Notes under the pieces: model-generated
What the model saw: the letters and a program-made list of their open reading frames with translations, nothing else
What the model was told of the DNA's origin: nothing
Databases searched by the model: none
Part shown: positions 41,701 through 53,700 of the stretch, one piece after another
Numbering within the stretch: the stretch's first letter is position 1
Layout: each line of letters begins with the position of its first letter
From: Thalia democratica
Lineage: Eukaryota
DNA length: 64,000 bases
Direction: 5' to 3'
Assembly (NCBI GenBank): GCA_965202585.1
Contig: OZ241827.1
Location: forward strand, 51,336,001-51,400,000
Made by a program: the position numbers and the translations under genes

Positions 41701-44700
41701 GTCAATCTAAATATTAAATTTATATTGTTTATTAACAAATTTTTATAATTTATAAAAATTATTTGTTTAGGTTTTAAAATATGCAAAAATTCTATCTTGA
41801 AAAAATAACTATATCGAACATGCTATAAGCATACTAATAAGTAATTCTGTATTGTATTATCAAACACTTTATACACCTCAGGTGTATTTGTAGTTATACA
41901 CTGAACAGTTTTGTTAACTACTTCGCTGTTTTCATCACAATATACCATGAAACAAGTTCCGTCTGAGTTGACAGTTCCGATAATTTGTCCTGGAAATAAG
42001 GTTATAAATTTCATTATAGTTATAAGTTATAAAAAATATCCTTTCCAAATAAAACCATTACCTGGTGTAAATTGTAAGTGATTCCATTCGCACTGCTTTT
42101 CAACAATTTCAGTTGTTGTAACAACGATTGGTGTTGTTGTATCGACGTTGTCATTAGGTGTTGTTTTAAAAATATCAGTAATTGTGGTTGTGTCCTAAGA
42201 TTTTGATAAAGTTTTAGTAGAAATTTATAAAAGACTAAAATATTCCTTTTATATAGCTTTATTTTACAAGTGAGAAACCCAAATCAACTTACCGGTCTAG
42301 TTGTTGAAGGACAATCAACGGACTTCTTTTTGATCTCGCTATCCTTGTCGCAATAAACAAGGAAGCAGTCTTCTCTGACGAGAACAATACCGATCATCTG
42401 ACCTGCTTCATAGACAAACTGGTTGTAGACACATTGCTTTGGTTTAGTTGTAAGTATTAAAGTAGTTGTATCAATATCTTCTGGCGTTGTAGTTGAAAAC
42501 GGTGTCTGTTAATTTTATGAAGCGTGTAAGAATAGTACAGACTTTTGTTTAAAACAAGCATTGAAATTAATTGCAGTTCAAACCGTAATTGGCTCCTCAC
42601 ATTCAATTGTTTTTTTGACAATTTTGCTGTTAGAATCACAGTAAACAACGTAGCACTTTCCTTGGAACACAACTTTTCCTACTTCTTGACCTGAAAGTTT
42701 ATGTTGGTTAAACTTTTATAAATAAAAAGCCTTAATATTTTTAAAAAGCAAACAATTTTTAATTAACCTGGTTTGAACAAGCGTCCATCGTACTGACAGA
42801 ACTCAACACCAGGGGTCGTAGTTCGTGGGGTTGTAGAGAAAGGTGTTGTGGAAAAAGGTGTTGTTGTAAAATTATATGGTTCTGCAGTTTTATTTTTACT
42901 TATTACTAATGTAACACAATTTATACTTTACTGGTTGAAGAAGTATTCATTTTAAAGTTAGCTTTTGGATTTGTTAAAACTAACGTGTCGTGGTGTCTAT
43001 AGCGTCACAATAGCAGCAGCCGCTATCGTCGTACTTCATCAGCATTCCCTCTCTGCACTGATCGATCGTGCAGTAAGTCGTACATTTCATCTTACCGTTG
43101 ACACAATTGCACTTTTCACAGCTTCCAACTGCTCTTTCTGCAAAAATAAAGATGGCTTAAATTAATACATGTAAAGATTAAGTTTTTTTTGTTAAAATTT
43201 AAATTATAAACTACAATTATGACCAAAAGTTAAATTGTTAAAAAGTTTATTACTTAACAATTGTTTCACGCCTGAGCGATGATCACAAGTAAAAAAGTAA
43301 ATTATTAAATTAAATTATAAACTACTAAAAATTTTTCGAGCCAAAGTTTGCTGTAACTTATAAATTACATACTGTCACTTTTTGTTTTTTTCTAGAACTA
43401 TCTACCAAGCATTTTTAAAGCTCATAACTATTAAGTTTTGTCAACATTTTCAAAACAAACCCATTGTAGCGCATCCGCATTGGCTGACGTCAACGCATTC
43501 ACCTGACTCCTCGTCTCTAACTTTTCCCGACTTGCACTGACAACAGTCTTCTGTTGATGACGTCACAGTCAAGTTGCAAGCTTCTCCGTTGCGCATCATT
43601 GAGCACGTCGCCTCGCAACCGCAAACTCCAAATTCTTCGTCTAAAAAGAGGATATCAGTATGTTTTTTAATTTTTATATTGAAGTCTAGCAGGTCGAGTA
43701 GAACTGTATTATTTCTTATTGTTTTTTTGTACTAACTTTTATGAAGACATTTATGCAACAAATATAAGCTTTTAGAGATAAATTTTATTTTATTAAGCAC
43801 AGTTTTTGTTTTTAAGTAATACTGTATATGTTCAACAAAGAATATTTAGCCTACATTAAAACATAATAAAAATAATATTCTGCAAAATTTTCTCAAACAA
43901 ACCTTCATTGCAAATGGGGCTAGTCGCAGTAGTTTGGGGCTTTGGTGTGACAGTTGTAACTTCAGGGACGCAAGTCGGACAGCACTGGCCTGCAACACTC
44001 GCTTCGACTAAACCCTCTCCGCACGTCACCGTTCCACACATTATGACGTCACAATGAATTTCGTTGTTGAAGCAAGAACACGTGGTACAGTCGTCCTTTT
44101 TCCAAGAGCTTCCAGCCTTTATGAAATTTGTTTTAACCAGTGTAACTATTTATTTAAATATATCTGTTAGTCTATCTTATTTACAAGTATTTTTTTGTTG
44201 CTGTTAATTTTAATCCTAATGTATTCATATATGAACAAAAGCATTTGGAATCTAAACAAAAAGGTTAGGTAAAAATTATATTTATAGATGAATTTAGTTT
44301 AAAACGGCTGGTATGTTTAATTAGTGTAAAACAAAAACTTTAGTACTATACGATAATTAAATGATAGATGCGTGATTTTAGCCTATAAATACATAATTGT
44401 TATACTATATAAATATTTAACACCATGGAAAAGAAAAATTTAGAAAGATTAATATTGCAAACCTCGCGAATAATGCCTCTGTTGTCCCTGCAAGTGCAGT
44501 CGTAAGCCTCAATGCAGGTTCCTTGATACAGGATCTTGTTGGGCGGGCATTCGCATCCCTCAGTGCATTCCGAAGGTTCCACGCATTCTGACACGTCTGA
44601 CTGGCAAACTTTCGGACAAGATGCGCACTGAACAGGCACCATGTTCGACGGGCACACTGTTACAAAGCGGCATGTTGATATTTGAGACGAATAAAAAAAC

Positions 44701-47700
44701 TTTTATTAGTCAAAAGTAATTTGTGCTCTCAAAAGTATGTTAAAAACTTTGACTTGCATATTCGAGACGTGAACAATTGAATTTATTCAATGTTATCGCA
44801 CAGTTTTCAAAGCGTTAATAATTACTTAAATATATCAGATCGAAATATTTTTGATGTGCTGACCAGGTATTGTTGTTGAAGGAGGTGTGGATGTAACGTC
44901 TGTAGAACTTGTGGTAGTGTTTGTAATAATCTAAAGTTTGAAAACAAGTTTTACAATTTTGTTCAAAAAAATTTAACTACATTAGTCTTAGTTACTTTAG
45001 TAACATAAGTTACATTAGTTTCGATAAAATTTTACTGGATAAAATGTATGGGTATTTAAAAGTTTCAACGTTACTTAAACCTTGTATTATAACAAAAAAA
45101 ACCTTTGGCTGAGTTGTTGTTTTGGGTATAGTTGAGTTATTGCAGTTTTCATCTGAGCATACTGGGCTTCCATTAGTGCAAGAGCTAATTAAAATTAAAA
45201 AGTTACATTGCATGTTTGTCTTTTTTTTGCAGAGTAGTTAAAACTTTATTAGTAACACACAAAATATCAACAGTTTTAATAACAAATATCGAGTTTATTA
45301 CTATCAGTTTTTATGAGTCTTAAAGTAAATAATCCATTGCACCCGTGAAAGCAAGAGAATAAATTGAAAATTAAATGTAACAAGTACTCACCAAACTTCA
45401 CAGCCGACTTCGACAGACTCTCCGTTTTCGACCACTTTGTCGCCGATCATGCAGGGGCACTCGGTCCTCTTGATGCACTCTCCCTTGTGAAGGACGCTAC
45501 CTTGCGGACAGAAGCATCCTTCGAAGCACTCCTCCTCGCACTCCTCATCTTCGGGCTTGGTGAAGCAGCCCGAGTTGCAGACTTTTCCGCACTCCTGGTA
45601 CTCCATCCCGTTTTCACACTCCAAAGCTGTGTTTCAAAATCGATAAGAGTTGGACATATATGAAAAGTTTAATAAAATTTTGTTGCAATAAAACTTCTAT
45701 ACTCCTACCACTAATTGTGTAATTTTATAAAGTTGTGGCAGAGTCGAGTTTTAAAACGAGAACTTATCTTTGTAAAGCCCTTTAATTATTAATTGTTTGG
45801 GTAAAATAAAATTCAAGACAAACAAAATAAAAGAACTCACACTTACAATTTATTAGTTTCTTATAAAACTTAATCAAAATTTATAAACAGACAGCTTTAA
45901 AACATTGGGCCATCTAAAAAAAAACAATTTGAAACTTACCGCAGTTGGCAGTGGACCTCCACCTGATGTGCACGTTCTGCGCGTTGCATTCCCTCACGTA
46001 AGCGGCCACCGCCGTGCAGTAGCACTCGCAATCGCCACCACGATCGCAACCGCACGAGTCCCACAGGCACGCCTGGTAGTACGGGGAAACGTCCACCGCA
46101 AGATGGCACTTGTCGAAGGGGGAGTCGTTGAGGACCTTGCACTGCTTGTGCGCCCACTCGGACCTCTTGGGGTTGGAGATGCACGGGTGCTGAGGAACGT
46201 CGTCGCTCCTGGGGCACGTGAAGTACACTTTCCAGGAGTGACCGAAGTCGTGAGGAGACGACAGAAGGTTTCCTGGAATTTTTTTTTGTTTACAAAAAGA
46301 GCTTTAAAAAATAGATCTTAAGTTTTTGGTTGTTGCAGCTGAATGCTAGATCGGTTTATTTACAAGTTTCAAAAGTAAATAGAATGATAATTGTTCACAG
46401 CATTATCTACCTTGCCTGCTTCTGAAATCATTAGTAGAGCTACCGTCGTAGTCGCCACACAAACCGCACACTTTTCCTCTGTAACTCGGCTGAAGTTTCA
46501 CGTAGACACGAGTACCTACATCCCACATGACAGTGAGACCGATCTGTTGAATTGAAAAAAAAAACATTTATTCTGCTTCAATCTGTTTCTTATGTTTAAT
46601 GTATCTTGTGTAAATATTCTGTATATTTTTTGTATTTTTTTTTAAACTACTTACCTGTGTTTTAATGATAATAAAAAGGCCGCTTTGAGTAAGAGAGAAT
46701 TTAGCCACAGGAGTGCCGGGTCTTGCAAGGGGGTTTTTCGAAACAATTGGTTCAACTCCGCGCACCATTTGAATAACTGTGTCGTGAAGTGCAACCTGTA
46801 GTAAATAAAAAATAGTTGAAACTTGCAAAAATTTCTATAACGTTGAAGTTATACGTTTTTTAGTAGACGATCATACAGACTCAACTAAATGATTTAAACA
46901 ATAGAGAAAACAAAAAAAACATTGTGAAAGTTATTATTTATTTCCCAATAACCGACCTTGACGGCTTTAGTGCAAGTGACGCCGCCCGTGCTGCAAGGAA
47001 CGTTCTCCACAGTGATCCTGAAGTTGCCCAGCCCGTCGTCGCAGTAATCCTCGCTCAACACGTACGTGCAGTCGCCGTGGAACTCGAACTTGCCTCCGTC
47101 GAACGTCTGGTAATGGGGGTCTCCGTAAGCCGAGCAAGTTGCCGGGCACACTCGCTTCGTGCACTGCCACCTCGATCCCTTGCACTGGCTGTTTGTGAAG
47201 TTGAGGTTGTTTTACAATGCATGTCCGTTTGAGTGAATTTGTTTTATTCTATTATGTAGCTATTGGCTACCACAAACTTGTTTGATATAGAATAATATCT
47301 CAGTTGATAGCTATCTTAAAATTCAAAATATTTTTTTTCCAACACATGTAGGAATTGTTCACATGTAAATTGAAAAAAAAAACAACAACCATCTCCTATA
47401 AATATAGAAACACAAAAAACAGAATTGATGCACAAACTTAAACATACTAAAAGAAAAAGTCCATGATATCATCAAACTAACCAGTAGTTGCAGTCTTTCT
47501 TGATCCACATTCCGTTCGAGTAGCTCTCGTTGTTGAAAAAGCAGGAGCACCTTTCGGCGGTGACGCACTTGTCCCCGTCCAAATACTGGCCAATGGGGCA
47601 GCCGCAACCCTCGCTGCACGTGGACCTCTCGCACTTCACGTCTCTGTTGTCGCACGTTGCCTGGCATTCCGTGCAGTTCGTCCACACCATGCCTCCCGTC

Positions 47701-50700
47701 TGTTGGTTTTAACGGGGTGAAATGATTTGTTTGTTTTTATTTTGAAATAAACTTTAGATGGGATTTAATAAAGCTGTATTAAAAAATGTATTGCTTTTTC
47801 TGTCAATGAAGTGAATAATTGAGTCTGGTTTAAGATTAAAACATTTTAAAAGCGTGTCATTATTTTTTTATTTTTCAGATCTAAATAAAACTGTTTTCAA
47901 TTGATACTAAAAATACTTTTCATTATTAAAAACATTTACGATCAACTTAGAATAATTTTCACAAATCTCACCGTTCCACAGACGTTGTTCTCGTTGCAGC
48001 CTGGTTTCTCGGTGCACTTCCAGACACCACCCTCGCATTCGCAACTCGAACACATCGCCTGTCTCGTAGCTCCGTTCGGGTATGCTCGATCACTGAATAA
48101 TATATTAGCAACAATTTAAAATTTGTTTGTTTCCAATTTAAGAAAAATATGCTAATATGCTGGGTCCCTAAATAACACTTTCAAGTATTTATCTTAATGT
48201 GTTAGTTTTAGAAACAGATAAGTTTTAGTATTTAAACTTATTTTATGAGTTTAAAGTTTTCACTTGAGACTAAAGATATCAAACTTGAGTTTATCAAATG
48301 AAATGCAAAACAAAAACTACTGCTTTACACTATAAAACATAATACAATATACGTAGTCAACAAACTTGTAGTAGCAAGAACATTCAGAAACATCAACGCA
48401 TTTTTCCGCGTTATCATCATAAGCCGTACCGTCCGGGCAAACACAACCTTCGTAACACGTAGAGCTCTGTAAAAATAAAAGTTTAAGCTATTAGTTTACA
48501 AACTTCAAAAATAATTAAAAATTAGTTAAGAAGAAAGAATCCTTAACTATTAAATTTTTTAAATGAAGCAAAATGTAAGTTATACGCCTAAGTTACATTA
48601 ATGTGAGTTGATTACTGTAAAAACTAAAAGAAAGTGTTAACAACTAATGACTTACATTTTGAATACTAATTGTTATGTAATTACTAAAACACCGGTTACT
48701 AAAAAACATATATTTTCAAAATGTAATACAAACTGTCTACAAATGTTTTATTATAAAAAAGGACCATTTACTATTTTAATTCTTTTTAAAATTTAAAACA
48801 AACTTTTCTGCATTCTTCACCAGCTGACGCTCCCGAAGACTCGCTGATCTTCCTGCAAGTTGCCTCGCAGTCCATTTGGGCGCACGAGCTCCACTCCCTG
48901 CCCTCACTGCAAGTTGCCTGGCAACCGGTGGCGTTGCGCCAATCGGAAGCGAGGGGGCGATGCGCGTCACTGCACATCTGCGAGTAGCTGCTGATGACGG
49001 AGCACTTGCAGGTCGAGGGGTTTTCCGAGGTTTTGTGCATGCAGTGGCAGACGTCGTGCTCGCACATCTCGACGTACTTGTGAGGAGAAACGTGGGCGTG
49101 ACACGATGAGAACAGTTCTGATTTAAAATGTGAAAACTATGATGCAGTTATTTTAATAGAAAAAAAGCTAGAGCCGGTTTCGTTCAGCGATGTCAAGTTT
49201 TAAGTAGTTTGTAGAGTTGTGCTTTTATTGAAAGCATTGTTTTATTGGTAGCACACGATAATAGTTTTGAAAAACTGTTTGCTTCAACTTATATAATTAA
49301 AGGTTTTTTATGTGTAGTTTTCTCTGATGAAAACAATTCTTTTGCATGGTAAGGTAACGTTTTTGTTACTAGATTATAAAGAAGACATCTGAAGTATTAG
49401 CTTATTTTGATTTTAAGTCTTTATATAGAAATTCCCTAAAGTTTGATATAAAGTTCTAATAATTCATGTTTTGTTCTTTATAATTGACTATGTCGGTTTT
49501 TTGAAAAACGTTGTACATGATCAATCCAACTTTCTATGTAACTTTAAGAGATTATTACACACTAACAATACTGATTTGATACTCACCGCTCTTGAGAACG
49601 CTGCAGACTTCAGTGGCGTGCTTTTGGTAGCCAGTCGCGAGAACGCAGGCGTCGACGGCCATACCGGTGGAAACGTTCTCCTCACAATTGATCCCCGTCT
49701 TCCAAGATCTTCCGAACGTCGACACGCAGGTGGTGGTGACACCGGAGGGCAGCGTTAAGTCGTCGTGCTGGTTCAAGTTGTACACTCCGCACAGACCGGA
49801 CACCTTTGAAAGAACCATAAATAAAAAATGGTGATACTGCATCTTAGTATGGGAGCTATATTCTTTTAAAAATATTTTTATAACTGTGTAAATTTGATAT
49901 TTTAAGAGTTTTTTTTTTTAACTTATTAAAAACTTTATGACAACAATAGTTTTTCATTCTCAGCTTACCCTGGACTTGAGCGTTGGATCGATTTGAATGT
50001 AAATTCTGAAACTTCCGTCCCATCGCAATGAAATCGAACCGTCGGCCGTGGTCATCTGCATCATCAGAGAGGAAATTTTCTTGAAAGTAACGTCATCTGT
50101 AGTGTACGGCATTCTGACGTCATTACTTCCATCTTGGATTCGATTGAGCGAAAGCATTCTAATCAAAACGTATAAAATTAAACTCATGTTTCAAAAAACT
50201 TTAGTTAAAAAAAATCTAAGGTAAATATTAATTAAAAGTGTACCTGTATGTTTTTGTTCCGTAATTAAAAATGAGAGATTTTCTGCAAGGCTCAGTATCG
50301 TAGAATCCGCATCCTGAGTTTCGGACCCAAATCGCAAACGGGTTTGCTAATCGTGAGTCTGATTGCACTAGTACGTATTCGCATCCACCGGAGAACTAAA
50401 GTTGTTTAGATTTATTCAAAAACATACATAAATAAGTAGGGTAGGATAAAAGAAATACTTATTTTTAAAGCGTTAGTTATACTGACTTTTCCTGGTCTCT
50501 CTTTAACTATATATAAGCTTAAATTTTATTAGTCCATTAATCTATTTACTATAATTTACAGATACAAAGATAAACTTAAAACTAAGTTATACAGGCCAAG
50601 TAAAATGAGCGATTATAAAAGTCACAAATTAAAAAGTATACTTTACCTATTCTATTTTCCAACTTTATTTTTTATAAGTTCAAAAATACAATTAAAACTA

Positions 50701-53700
50701 GCCAAGGTTATCCACATACTAAACATTTTTGTACAATAGCACTTAAATTAGTTCACTACCAACCTGGTAGCTTCTACCGTCGAAGGTGATGTAATGATCC
50801 TCGCCGATGACCTGGCACGTCGGAGGACACTCCTTTTGAGTGCACTCCCACTTTCCTCCCGCGCAAGTGCAGTTGTTGCAGTTCTCCCTTATGACGTCAC
50901 CGTTGTGATACACGTCATCGCCGCTGGTGCAAGGGCAGTCGCGCTCGCTGACGCAGGAGTTCGTGACGGTGTCGAGCACCGTACCTTAAAAAACAATATA
51001 ATTATTTTCAAAAACTTAAAAGAAAGAAGTTGAGTCTTTAAGATTAGCTTTTTAGAAAGATTTGATTTTTTCAGTATTTAGTTATATGAAATTAACACTT
51101 AACATGTATGGCATAAGTCAAAAATTGTTTGTTACGCAAAAATTTTAATTCATGTTTCAAATCAAAATATTTGTTAATTCACAAACCAGGAGGGCAATGG
51201 CAGCCGTCGATGCAGATGTCGGTTGTGCACTCGGTGACTATTTCCTTGTTCTCACACGTTTTCGGGCATGCTGAGCTGCACTCGCTGTGAACCATTCCTC
51301 TCGCACACTGTATTCCTGTTTGGAGAAAATGGTTATCGCCTTGAAAAAAACTCTAATTTCAAAGTCAAATAAAGTCTAATACACCAAATCATTTGCATTA
51401 ATAACTGCAGCTAATATGAAAAAAATATATGTTAATTGAGCCAGCTTTAAGTATATATGGATCTATCGTCTACTTAATTCTAACAATTATCGGCTGAAAA
51501 ACACCGAACCATACAAACCAAACTGACCGCACAAACTTTCACTCCTCCAATCCAACACGACGTTTTTGAATGCGCACTGCCTGGAGTAGTGGGTGAAGGC
51601 CTCGCAGGCGCACTCCTCAAAATTGTCCACTCCGCACATGCACACGTCCGATACGCACCTTTGGTAGTAGATCTGTGATGGTTGTCGAATTTTTGAACCC
51701 GTTGTAAATTCTTTTGTTTTAAAGATAAAGGCTTAAAAAATAAAACTGTTAAAAAGGTAAAACATTCGTTGTTTGCAGACACAAGCTTTAAAATATTTTA
51801 CTGGTAAATAATATACCTTGCAACAATTTAAACGCCTAAACTTAACCATTTGATGTTTTAATCAACACGTTCTACTCACTGTTGGATTGATCGCGTCGTG
51901 ACAAGCAGCAAACTTGGAGCCGAGAAGCAGCTTGCAGTGTTCCTCTACAGGGCGAAGTTGTTCCTGCGAAAAGGCGGAGCAAGGGTGGGAAGTTCTCTTC
52001 GGAACGTTGGAACACTGGGAGGAGCTGTCGATGTTCATGTGGTAGAAGTTTCCAAACTCGTTTGCCTCAGTGAATGACTGTTATTGATATGTGTTTTAAA
52101 ACTTAAGACTTTTTTTTTAAATTTCTAATTTGTTAAAACATACAAAATAAAAAAATTATTTAAAAACAAACACTTTATTGTTTATTTGAAAGCAAATGAA
52201 AACTTACTTTTCCTTCAACTACGAAATCATTGTCTTCAATGCCGTCAAAGTTACCACATAAACCAAAAACATCATTTTTGAAAATATCGGGAACAACTAC
52301 GTCTACTGATTGGTCATTGTCGAATATTACTCGAAGTCCTGAAAATATTTTTTTTTAAATAAAAAGCTATCGATATTCTAAGAAAGTTATTCTAAGAAGC
52401 TTAAACTTGTAACCTTATTTCAATATAAATTTTAAAAATAACAGATGATAAGTGATAGAGTCTGAGAAATTAACAAACAGTTTTTTTATTTATTGTTCTA
52501 TATTTAGAATTAGTATCTTGAAATATATACGAACTATACTTATAGTAACAACTCACCTGATGCTAATCTGACGGTAGTGTATTCTCCGATCCTCTCGAGA
52601 ATGATGGTGTTTTCCACGGTCTTGGGCAGGTTGATGAATCTTCCGTTGTAAGTAGCAGTACTGTTCGGGTACAGCATGATGTTGTTCATGCCTCCCACTT
52701 CAATTCGCACTGATTTCTTGCACCTCTCGTTCGCAACGTTGCATCCAAATCTGTGGTTCACCTAGAAAAAAGTTTGTTTTTTAATTAAAAAGTTTATTTG
52801 ATGTTTGTTTTACTCAACAATCATAAAAAGTTAAAGCCTTTGCTAAGTCGCAGTACATTTTTACTTGGTAAAAAATGCTTTATTTAGTTCTTAAATCCTT
52901 TTAGTTTTTATATAAAAGCTTTTATTAGTAACTTCAGTTTACAGAAAAATACAAACTAAGTTTTTGTTATGTATTGTTGTATCAACAATATAACGATTTT
53001 TAAGGTTAAAGTATTGATTTTTTAAAACTTTTACACCAACCATAACGTGGAAAGTTCCTCCTTTCTGGGCCACCATCGAGTATGTGCACTCGCCTGGAAA
53101 GAAGTATTTGGCGCCATCGAGTGTCGTGTAGTGGTGAAGGCCGTACACCGAGCAGACGCTCGAGTGCCTCCGGGATCTCCCGTCGTCGAGAATGGTGCTC
53201 ATGATCGGGTTGCTGTCCTGTGATTGGTCCCTGAACTGACACATGTCCCCGGTGAACCCCCTCTTGCACATGCAGGTGTCGGGCACGATGCACTGGCCGC
53301 CGTTCATGCAACCGCGCTTGCAGATCGCTGCGGTAAATATGTTGTTTAGAAGTTGAAAGCACTAATACTTAGTGTTTTATTTATACAAAATTCAATAATT
53401 TTGTTGTATTCAAATGTGTAAGCAAATAAATGATTTAAACTTCATCGAAGAGCAAATGAAAGGGTTTAGTGCGAACACCGATTACTAATAAACGATGTTT
53501 CTTATTTCATTTTCAAAGCGGTTGGAAACCAAATCCAATTATTTTTTTATTAAAAAAAAATCATGCTCTACTAGTTACCGAATTCGCAGTGGCTTCCTTG
53601 GTAACCTTCAGCGCACTTGCACACGTCTTGACCGACACAAGTACCTCTGTTCAAGCAGCCACCGCAGGTAAATCGAGCTGTTAATATTACATACGTTTAT

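Noticed and set aside
43090-43096. Apparent donor G|GTAAGA after ...CNCVN
   Set aside because: Reading through gives [14 protein letters not shown]...GCCYC, which completes the VWC; splicing there leads to a stop.
45905-46321. Plus-strand ORFs over GC-rich exons (also 46924-47232, 37632-37883, 16852-17175)
   Set aside because: Antisense shadows of VWD, C8 and VWC exons.
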